A stretch of 64,000 bases of DNA, from contig JBHGNT010000029.1 of assembly GCA_043228905.1 (NCBI GenBank), positions 1 through 64,000 on the forward strand, written 5' to 3'. The notes below the pieces were generated by a model. It saw only the letters and a program-made list of their open reading frames with translations, was not told the DNA's origin and did no database searches. This document shows positions 23,892 to 35,000 of the stretch, piece after piece; the stretch's first letter is position 1; each line of letters starts with the position of its first letter. The DNA comes from Azolla caroliniana (Eukaryota; Plantae; Polypodiophyta). A program made the translations under genes and the position numbers.

Positions 23892-26800
23892 AACTTAGCA
23901 TGTGTAGTATCATTTAATATTATTAGTATCCCAGAACATCCTATAGTTTTAGGATTACCGTGGTTTGAGTTACATAACCCAGACATAGATTGGAGAACAA
24001 GAGAAATCCGGTGTCGACAAACCCAAGGGTCAACTCAGAAGATGGCAACCATTTCGCTACATCAGTTGCGTGAAGAAGGGCGCAAGGAGGAAATGTTCCT
24101 CTTTGCAATATCAGTAAACTCCTCCAGCACCACTAAAGAAGAATCCACCGTTCAACTTCCCGAGAAGTATCGTCATTTCGCCGATGTGTTCGATAAAGTA
24201 CAAGCCAACACACTTCCTCATCATCGACCGTACGATTGCCCCATCAATTTACAACCGGGAAAAGAGCCGCCATGGGGACCGATCTACAATTTGTCACCAA
24301 CCGAGCTGGAAGTCCTTTGGGCCTATATAGAGGAGAATTTGGAAAATGGTTTCATTCGGCATTCGAAATCTCCAACCGGCGCGCCCATTTTCATCGTCAA
24401 GAAAAAAGATGGATCGCTTCGTCTCGTTGTAGATTACCGTGGCTTAAATAAGGTTACAATCAGGAATAGGTATGCTCTTCCCCTTATCTCAAGTCTTTTA
24501 GAACGGATCAATGGTGCCAGGTTCTTCACGAAGATCAACTTAAGGGGAGCATATAACCTCGTACGGATCCGACTAGGAGACGAATGGAAGACCGTGTTTC
24601 GCACCAGATATGGGCACTTCGAGTATACGGTCATGCCGTTCGGCCTCACTAATGTGCCGGCAGTCTTCCAGCACATGGCTAATGATATATTCCGAGATCT
24701 ATTGGATAATTGTTTGATCATCTATTTGGATGATCTACTGGTTTATTCAAAGTCCCAAGAAGAACATGATTCTCATGTATTATTACTACTAAAACGACTT
24801 CGAGAACATGGTTTGTATGCAAAGCTGGAAAAATGTAGTTTCGGGTGCAACCAAGTGGAATTTCTCGGCTACATCATTTCGTCAGAAGGCATCTCCATGG
24901 ACCCAGCTAAGGTCAAAACGGTGGTAGAATGGTAGACTCCGCGTTTGGTGCGGGATGTGCAATGCTTCCTAGGCTTTGCCAATTTTTACTGGAAGTTCAT
25001 ACAAGATTACTCAAAGATCGTTCTACCTCTCACACAACTTACCAGGAAGGGACAATCGTTCATCTGGTCCGAAGAAACGGACATGGCTTTCGAGAGTGTT
25101 AAAAAGGCATTTACATCGGCTCCAATTCTTGCTCATGTCGATCCGGAAAAACCATTCATTATCGAAGCTGACGCATCGGATTTTGCATTGGGGAGCATTC
25201 TGTCACAACAGGGGAATGATGAGAAGCTACATCCTGTGGCTTTTCACTCACGCAAGTTTGATGCCGCCAAAATCAACTACGAAATTCATGATAAGGAGCT
25301 ATTGGCAATAGTGGATTCTTTTATGCAATGGAGGCATTTTCTGGAGGGATCCTCTCATCCAGTCACCGTATTTAGTGACCACAAGAATCTTGCTTACTTT
25401 CAGGATGCTCGTGTATTGAATCGACGTCAAGCTCGGTGGGCCCACTTCCTCACGCATTTCGACTTCAAAATTATATATTGTCCGGGGAGGCACCAAGGGA
25501 AGGCAGATGCATTATCATGGCATTCGTATCTAGCACCCCGTCCCGGCGAGCCAACTTTCGATAACCAAAAACAAGTCATCTTGGGACCGGCACAACTACA
25601 AGCAACACAAATCTTTGACATTCCTATGGATTCCCGCGTTATCGATACCATACGTGAAGACTTGAAGACAGATGCTTTCGCCCAAGCTATACTAGCACAA
25701 ATTGATCCCTCTCGAGCGTTGTGTTCACAGTCACAACCACCAGGTACGGACTATCGGCAATTCAAATACCATGATGGATTACTCTTCTTTAAAGAACTTT
25801 TGTATGTTCCTAATGGTTCTTGCCGCCTTCGAGTAGTACAAAACTGTCATGACACATATACAGTTGGGCATTTTGGTAGTACTAAAACATTACATTTAGT
25901 ACAACGATCATTCTGGTGGCCCTGTATGCGACAATTTGTCAAGGATTTTGTTCGGACTTGTGATACATGTTGCAGAGCGAAAATGCCAAGGCATCATCCA
26001 TATGGTTTATTAGAACCATTACCAATTCCAAGCAAGCCGTGGCAATCCATTGCTCTAGACTTCATCACAAATCTTCCAATCTCTAAGGGGTTCAATGCGA
26101 TTCTAACAGTGGTCGATCGATATACGAAGATGGCTCATTTCTTGCCATGTACTAAGGAGATCTCCAGTGAAGACACTGCCGAAATTGTCATGCGTGAAGT
26201 ATGTCGGCATCATCGACTTCCCGATAGTATCATCAGCGACCGTGGACCCCAGTTCGTGTCAAAATTCTGGAAGCACCTTTTTAACATGCTCAAGGTCACT
26301 TGTAACCTCTCCTCCGGCTACCACCCACAAACCAACGGCCAAGCTGAACGAACAAATCAAACGCTGGAGCAGTATCTGCGGTGCTTTCTCAACTATCATC
26401 AGGATGACTGGGCAAATATTCTCCACTTCGCCGAATTTGCCTATAACAACTCTATCCATGCATCCACTAAAGTTACGCCATTTTATGCTTATACGGGATG
26501 TCACCCCCGGTGGAGTGTACTTGAAACCCCAGAGGTGTCCACAAATCCGTGCGCGGAGGATCGTTTGGAGCGATTATGCAAGATACAAGCAGATTTATCT
26601 ATCATCTCCAGCAAGCTCAACAAACACACAAGGTCTACGCGGATCGTCATCGACTTCCAGCCAGTTTTAATATTGGAGATCAAGTGTGGCTGCTACGACG
26701 ACACATCAAGACTACTCGCCCATGTGAGAAGTTGGATTATCGGCGATTAGGTCCTTTCCGTATTATTGGATAGATTAATGATGTCATTTTTCGTCTCGAT

Positions 26801-27154
26801 CTACCTCCTCAACTTCGGATACATCCGGTGTTTCATAGTTCTCTCCTCGAACCCTACCACGAGAGCACCATCCCAGGACGTCTTATCCAACCTCCACCCC
26901 CGATCGAGCTTGAAGATGGGCCGGAGTACGAGGTTGCCGCCATCCTTGATTCCAAGATTGTTCGCAACAAGCTCTACTATCTAGTTGATTGGCTAGGCTA
27001 TAGTCCCAGCGAACGTACTTGGGAACCGATCGAGAATGTGACCAATGCTCGTGCTCTTCTTGAAGACTTCTATCGGCAATATCCACACAAACCGGGTCCT
27101 CAATCCAAGACGACTCGTGACACTCGTCGTTTTAAAGGGAGGATAGTGTCATGA
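23892..27154 (+). pseudogene. Chromovirus pol: protease C-part, RT, RNase H, integrase with GPF motif, chromodomain
   Basis: VLGLPWF, KKDGSLRLVVDYRGLN, MPFGL, YLDDLL, EADASDFALG, DKELLAIV, CHD…GH…CDTC, SDRGPQF, HPQTNGQAER, GPFRII, EYEVAAILDSK…YLVDWLGY…TWEP. Stop at 24933-24935 and a frameshift near 26600. Confidence 0.95.
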
Positions 27155-27580
27155 TATGGCAAGACTCGAACCCATGACCTTAGGTTATATGGGTCGAGCT
27201 CTTGACCATTAGATCATCTATTGTAATACGTAGGATATTATTTTCATTTACATTTTATTATAGGAAATTAGTGTATATTCTAGATTTCTCTGGAACATGC
27301 TAGAAGCTTCAGGATTACTCCTGAAAACACTATAAAAGAGGGCACTAGGCATTATGTTGAACCAAATTGGTTCAACGCCAGTCTTAAGCCTTTTAGCCAC
27401 CATTGTATATTCTCTTCATATAATACATATCTTTCTTATCATCACTCTCTCTCTCTTGATCTCTCTCTTTCTCTCCGTCTCGCTCACTTCTTCCTTCTCT
27501 CAAAGAAGTTCTACACCTCTCATAGTACTAATCCTTTGTTTAGTACTAATTCCTTCTCTGTCTCAATACTGTTCCTGACA
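27147..27580 (+). repeat. Chromovirus 3' LTR (434 bp)
   Basis: TGTCATGA…CCTGACA; TATAAAAG at 27331. Confidence 0.95.
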
Positions 27581-28412
27581 AGTGCAAGGCGACTCAGTAT
27601 CAACAACTGATCGGGAGCCTCATCTATCTCACAAGCACTCGACCCGACCTCAACTACCCGGTCCGTCTTCTCAGCCAATTCATGAAAAAGCCACGTGAAA
27701 TTCACTTGGATTGCGCTAAGCGAGTGTTACTGAGCGGCATAATGGATTGTGGCATTCTCTACAAATTGACCACACCAATTCGACTCGAGGGGTACTTAGA
27801 TGCCGATTGGGCTAGCAATAGAGTCGACCGACGATCGACCTCAGGATTCGTCTTCTCGCTCAGCAGCAGAGCAATATCCTGGAGTAGCAAGAAGCAGCCA
27901 ATTGTTGACCTTTTGAGCATAGAGGCTGAATATCGGTGTGCGCTTGTGGTTGCATGTGAAGCCGTTTGGCTAAAGATAATACTTAAGGATCTAACCTTTC
28001 CCATCAAGGATCTGATTCCCGTTTACTATGACAACATGAGAAATATTTATTTGGCTTGGAACCCAGTGTTCCATGCAGGCATGAAGCATATTGAAGTGCA
28101 CTATCACTTCATCCTAGAGTGCGTTCAGGTTGGAGATGTCGACCTTCAACACATCAACACGAATCTTCAGATAGCCAACAAGCTTCGGCAATTCATGTCA
28201 GACCTTGGATTGAAGATCCCTAACTTGCCAAGCTTGAGGGGGAGTACAAGAGAGAACCTAATACCATCCGAACCGGGTACTAACTGAAGCGAACATCAAC
28301 CAAAAGAAGCTGATACTAGTTGAGCTTGATAGGGCATGTTGAGAATCAAGCTCAACCTAGTCTAGTGTGTGAACACACCCTTTGAGAATCTATGCGCACT
28401 CAAATGTCAAAA

Positions 28413-28579
28413 GTCATCACTACTCTGTACACATTAACTATGTGTCATAGAATATGATTCTATGACATATAACTAATGAATTTCCACATTCCACATGATT
28501 CTATGTGTCATCACTACTCTGTACACATTAACTATGTGTCATAGAATATGATTCTATGACATATAACTAATGAATTTCC
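28413..28579 (+). repeat. 73-bp direct repeat (period 94) within the Copia B LTR, each copy with an 11-bp-arm hairpin
   Basis: GTCATCACTACTCTGTACAC…GAATTTCC at 28413 and 28507; TGTCATAGAAT-ATG-ATTCTATGACA. Confidence 0.88.
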
Positions 28580-28907
28580 TCCTACTTCATAGAGAGTCGG
28601 TTGTTGCTCCTTGTAATGGGATATTTTTGCATTTCATATTCTCCATGTTAATATACATCTTCTTATTCTTGGGTACTTCATTTTTCTCTCATCAATCTAA
28701 GTTGTGTTTCTCTCCTATCTGCTTCTCTTTCCACACACACACGCGCATGCATGCACACATAACACACATCTCTTCTGTTGTATAGAATCATACCTGATTC
28801 TTCACACTTTGGTTCTCTCGATAGGGTTTGAACTTCCACAACTTGTCATTGCAGTAGAGTAGTCTCCAATTGATGCACCCATTGAGATAACACTTCTAAT
28901 CAGCAGA

Positions 28908-29037
28908 AAAGCTCAACTTGATCCGGATCAGTATGCGGAACCCAAAGCCGGATCAGTGTTCGGAGAAGAGAGCCAGATCGGAGGGTTGGATCGGAGAGCC
29001 AGAACCACGTGCGAACCGGTAGGCCATTGGAGGTCTA
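28908..29037 (+). repeat. Fragment of a Copia family-A LTR abutting the satellite
   Basis: AAGCTCAAC…GATCGG…CCGGTAGGCCATTGGAGGTCTA, similar to 10062-10171 and 11434-11542. Confidence 0.8.
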
Positions 29038-32000
29038 ACGCGCTCTCCTCCACTTCCTCCTCAAATTCGCTAATTTATTCATGTCTCTGGACCTGAGTTT
29101 CAAAATCTTGATTTTGTAATTCCATATTAGAGATAGCGTTGTTAGCTTCGATTCGCATGTTTGAACACCGAAATCCGATATCACACGAGCCAGGTATGAA
29201 CATTTTAATTTACTAATTCGCTCTTCTCAACTTGCTCCTCAAATATGCTAATTTCTTCATGTCTCTCGACGTGAGTTTCAAAATCTTGATTTTTTAATTT
29301 CATATTAGAGATAGCGTTGTTAGCTTCGATTCGCATGTTTGAACACAGAAATCCGATATCACACGAGCCAGGTATGAACATTTTCATTTACTAACGCGCT
29401 CTTCTCCACTTCCTCCTCAAATTTGCTAATTTCTTCATGTCTCTGGACCTGAGTTTCAAAATCTTGATTTTTGAATTCGATATTAGAGCTAGCGTTGTTA
29501 GGTTTGATTCGCATGTTTGGACACAGAAATCCGATATCACACGAGCCAGGTATGAACATTTTAATTTACTAACGCGCTCTTCTCCACTACCTCCTCAAAT
29601 TCGCTAATTTATTCATGTCTCTCGAGCTGAGTTTTAAAATCTTGATTTTGTAATTCCATATCATAGCTAGCGTTGTTAGCTTCGATTCGCATGTTTGAAC
29701 ACCGAAATCCGATATCACTCAAGCCAGGTATGAACATTTTAATTTATTGACTCGCTCTTCTCAACTTGCTCCTCAAATATGCTAATTTCTTCATGTCTCT
29801 CGACCTGAGTTTCAAAATTTTGATTTTTTAATTCCATATTAGAGCTAACGTTGTTAGCTTCGATTCGCATGTTTGAACACAGAAATCCGATATCAAACGA
29901 GCCAGGTATAAACATTTTAATTTACAAACGCGATCTTCTCCACTACCTCCTCAAATTTGCTAATTTCTTCATGTCTCTCGACCTGAGTTTCAAAATCTTG
30001 ATTTTTTAATTCAATATTAGAGATAGCGTTGTTAGCTTCGATTCGCATGTTTGAACACAGAAATCCGATATCACACGACCTAGGTATGAACATTTTCATT
30101 TACTAACGCGCTCTCCTCCACTTCCTCCTCAAATTTGCTAATTTCTTCATGTCTCTGGACCTGAGTTTCAAAATCTTGATTTTTTAATTCCATATTAGAG
30201 ATAGCGTTGTTAGCTTCGATTCGCATGTTTGAACACAGAAATCCGATATCACACGAGCCAGGTATGAACATTTTAATTTACTAACGCGCTCTTCTCCACT
30301 TCCTCCTCAAATTTGCTAATTTATTCATGTCTCTCGACGTGAGTTTCAAAATCTTGATTTTTTAATTCCATATTAGAGATAGCGTTGTTAGCTTCGATTC
30401 GCATGTTTGAACACAGAAATCCGATATCACACGAGCCAGGTATGAACATTTTCATTTACTAACGCGCTCTTCTCCACTTCCTCCTCAAATTTGCTAATTT
30501 CTTCATGTCTCTGGACCTGAGTTTCGAAATCTTGATTTTTGAGTTCCATATTAGAGCTAGCGTTGTTAGGTTGGATTCGCATGTTTGAACACAGAAATCC
30601 GATATCACACGAGCCAGGTATGAACATTTTAATTTACTAACACGCTCTTCTCCACTTCCTCCTCAAATTTGCTAATTTCTTCATGTCTCTGGACCTGAGT
30701 TTCAAAATCTTGATTTTTGAATTCGATATTAGAGCTAGCGTTGTTAGGTTTGATTCGCATGTTTGGACACAGAAATCCGATATCACACGAGCCAGGTATG
30801 AACATTTTAATTTACTAACGCGCTCTTCTCCACTACCTCCTCAAATTCGCTAATTTATTCATGTCTCTCGAGCTGAGTTTTAAAATCTTGATTTTGTAAT
30901 TCCATATCATAGCTAGCGTTGTTAGCTTCGATTCGCATGTTTGAACACCGAAATCCGATATCACTCAAGCCAGGTATGAACATTTTAATTTATTGACTCG
31001 CTCTTCTCAACTTGCTCCTCAAATATGCTAATTTCTTCATGTCTCTCGACCTGAGTTTCAAAATTTTGATTTTTTAATTCCATATTAGAGCTAACGTTGT
31101 TAGCTTCGATTCGCATGTTTGAACACAGAAATCCGATATCAAACGAGCCAGGTATAAACATTTTAATTTACAAACGCGATCTTCTCCACTACCTCCTCAA
31201 ATTTGCTAATTTCTTCATGTCTCTCGACCTGAGTTTCAAAATCTTGATTTTTTAATTCAATATTAGAGATAGCGTTGTTAGCTTCGATTCGCATGTTTGA
31301 ACACAGAAATCCGATATCACACGACCTAGGTATGAACATTTTCATTTACTAACGCGCTCTCCTCCACTTCCTCCTCAAATTTGCTAATTTCTTCATGTCT
31401 CTGGACCTGAGTTTCAAAATCTTGATTTTTTAATTCCATATTAGAGATAGCGTTGTTAGCTTCGATTCGCATGTTTGAACACAGAAATCCGATATCACAC
31501 GAGCCAGGTATGAACATTTTAATTTACTAACGCGCTCTTCTCCACTTCCTCCTCAAATTTGCTAATTTATTCATGTCTCTCGACGTGAGTTTCAAAATCT
31601 TGATTTTTTAATTCCATATTAGAGATAGCGTTGTTAGCTTCGATTCGCATGTTTGAACACAGAAATCCGATATCACACGAGCCAGGTATGAACATTTTCA
31701 TTTACTAACGCGCTCTTCTCCACTTCCTCCTCAAATTTGCAAATTTCTTCATGTCTCTGGACCTGAGTTTCGAAATCTTGATTTTTGAGTTCCATATTAG
31801 AGCTAGCGTTGTTAGGTTGGATTCGCATGTTTGAACACAGAAATCCGATATCACACGAGCCAGGTATGAACATTTTAATTTACTAACGCGCTCTTCTCCA
31901 CTACCTCCTCAAATTTGCTAATTTATTCATGTCTCTCGAGCTGAGTTTTAAAATCTTGATTTTGTAATTCCATATCATAGCTAGCGTTGTTAGCTTCGAT

Positions 32001-35000
32001 TCGCATGTTTGAACACCGAAATCCGATATCACACGAGCCAGGTATGAACATTTTAATTTACTGACTCGTTCTTCTCAACTTCCTCCTCAAATATGCTAAT
32101 TTCTTCATGTCTCTCGACCTGAGTTTCAAAATCTTGATTTTTTAATTCCATAGTAGAGCTAGCGTTGTTAGCTTCGAGTCGCATGTTTGAACACAGAAAT
32201 CCGATATCAAACGAGCAAGGTATGAACATTTTAATTTACTGACTCGCTCTTCTCCACTTCCTCCTCAAATTTGCTAATTTCTTCATGTCTCTTGACCTGA
32301 GTTTCAAAATCTTGATTTTTTAATTCAATATTAGAGCTAGCGTTGTTAGCTTCGATTCGCATGTTTGAACACAGAAATCCGATATCACACGAGCCAGGTA
32401 TGAACATTTTAATTTACAAACGTGATCTTCTCCACTTCCTCCTCAAATTTGCTAATTTCTTCATGTCTCTGGACCTGAGTTTCAAAATCTTGTTTTTTCG
32501 ATTCCATATTATAATTTACTAACGCGCTCTTCTCCACTACCTCCTCAAATTTGCAAATTTCTTCATGTCTCTCGACCTGAGTTTCAAAATCTTGATTTTT
32601 TAATTCCATATCATAGCTAGCGTTGTTAGCTTCGATTCGCATGTTTAAACACAAAAATCCGATATCACACGAGCCAGGTATGAACATTTTAATTTACTAA
32701 CGCGCTCTTCTCCACTACCTCCTCAAATTTGCAAATTTCTTCATGTCTCTCGACCTGAGTTTCAAAATCTTGATTTTTTAATTCCATATTAGAGCTAGCG
32801 TTGTTAGCTTCGATTCGCATGTTTGAACACAGAAATCCGATATCACACGAGCCGGGTATGAACATTTTAATTTACAAACGCGATCTTCTCCACTACCTCC
32901 TCAAATTTGCTAATTTCTTCATGTCTCTCGACCTGAGTTTCAAAATCTTGATTTTTTAATTCCATATTAGAGATAGCGTTGTTAGCTTCGATTCGCATGT
33001 TTGAACACAGAAATCCGATATCACACGACCTAGGTATGAACATTTTCATTTACTAACGCGCTCTTCTCCACTTCCTCCTCAAATTTGCTAATTTCTTCAT
33101 GTCTCTCGACCTGAGTTTCAAAATCTTGATTTTTTAATTCCATATTAGAGATAGCGTTGTTAGCTTCGATTCGCATGTTTGAACACAGAAATCCGATATC
33201 ACACGAGCCAGGTATGAACATTTTAATTTACTAACGCGCTCTTCTCCACTTCCTCCTCAAATTTGCTAATTTATTCATGTCTCTCGACGTGAGTTTCAAA
33301 ATCTTGATTTTTTAATTCCATATTAGAGATAGCGTTGTTAGCTTCGATTCGCATGTTTGAACACAGAAATCCGATATCACACGAGCCAGGTATGAACATT
33401 TTAATTTACTAACGCGCTCTTCTCCACTACCTCCTCAAATTTGCTAATTTCTTCATGTCTCTTGACCTGAGTTTCAAAATCTTGATTTTTTAATTCCATA
33501 TTAGAGATAGCGTTGTTAGCTTCGATTCGCATGTTTGAACACAGAAATCCGATATCACACGAGCCAGGTATGAACATTTTAATTTACTAACGCGCTCTTC
33601 TCCACTTCCTCCTCAAATTTGCTAATTTCTTCATGTCTCTGGACCTGAGTTTCAAAATCTTGATTTTTGAATTCCATATTAGAGCTAGCGTTGTTAGGTT
33701 TGATTCGCATGTTTGAACACAGAAATCCGATATCACACGAGCCAGGTATGAACATTTTAATTTACTAACACGCTCTTCTCCACTACCTCCTCAAATTCGC
33801 TAATTTATTCATGTCTCTCGAGCTGAGTTTTAAAATCTTGATTTTTTAATTCAATATTAGAGCTAGCATTGTTAGCTTCGATTCGCATGTTTGAACACAG
33901 AAATCCGATATCACACGAGCCAGGTATGAACATTTTAATTTACAAACGCGATCTTCTCCACTACCTCCTCAAATTTGCTAATTTCTTCATGTCTCTCGAC
34001 CTGAGTTTCAAAATCTTGATTTTTTAATTCCATATTAGAGATAGCGTTGTTAGCTTCGATTCGCATGTTTGAACACAGAAATCAGATATCACACGAGCCA
34101 GGTATGAACATTTTAATTTAAAAACGCGATCTTCTCCACTACCTCCTCAAATTTGCTAATTTCTTCATGTCTCTCGACCTGAGTTTCAAAATCTTGATTT
34201 TTTAATTCCATATTAGAGATAGCGTTGTTAGCTTCGATTCGCATGTTTGAACACAGAAATCCGATATCACACGAGCCAGGTATGAACACTTTAATATACT
34301 AACGCGCTCTTCTCCACTACCTCCTCAAATTTGCTAATTTCTTCATGTCTCTTGACCTGAGTTTCAAAATCTTGATTTTTTAATTCCATATCATAGCTAG
34401 CGTTGTTAGCTTCGATTCGCATGTTTAAACACAAAAATCCGATATCACACGAGCCAGGTATGTACATTTTAATTTACTAACGCGCTCTTCTCCACTACCT
34501 CCTCAAATTTGCAAATTTATTCATGTCTCTCGAGCTGAGTTTTAAAATCTTGATTTTTTAATTCAATATTAGAGCTAGCATTGTTAGCTTCGATTCGCAT
34601 GTTTGAACACAGAAATCCGATATCACACGAGCCAGGTATGAACATTTTAATTTACAAACGCGATCTTCTCCACTACCTCCTCAAATTTGCTAATTTCTTC
34701 ATGTCTCTCGACCTGAGTTTCAAAATCTTGATTTTTTAATTCCATATTAGAGATAGCGTTGTTAGCTTCGATTCGCATGTTTGAACACAGAAATCAGATA
34801 TCACACGAGCCAGGTATGAACATTTTAATTTAAAAACGCGATCTTCTCCACTACCTCCTCAAATTTGCTAATTTCTTCATGTCTCTCGACCTGAGTTTCA
34901 AAATCTTGATTTTTTAATTCCATATTAGAGATAGCGTTGTTAGCTTCGATTCGCATGTTTGAACACAGAAATCCGATATCACACGAGCCAGGTATGAACA

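Larger units (their letters stand above)
22962..27580 (+). mobile_element. Chromovirus (Tcn1-like Ty3/Gypsy) with a rearranged 5' end, lacking PBS and gag
   Basis: Perfect TSD AGTGC at 22957-22961 and 27581-27585; TGTCA…TGACA LTRs; PPT AAAGGGAGGATAG at 27134-27146; RT-RH-IN-chromodomain order. Confidence 0.95.
19475..28840 (+). mobile_element. Copia element B (related, distinct subfamily): protease-integrase-RT-RNase H-PPT-3' LTR, degenerate, with two nested insertions
   Basis: WFFDSGASNHMT (19565-), DVIHSDVWGP (20202-), KLDPKSEKCILVGY, LKKPLYGLKQAPRAW, LYVDDL, GYLDADWA…RRSTSG…SWSSKKQ. LTR begins TGTTGAGAATCAAGCTCAAC at 28337; the end at 28840 is tentative. Confidence 0.9.

Noticed and set aside
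23410-27580. DIRS-like or TIR element suggested by long inverted LTR copies around pol
   Set aside because: The element encodes a DDE integrase plus chromodomain, not a tyrosine recombinase, and the outer direct LTRs carry a 5-bp TSD.
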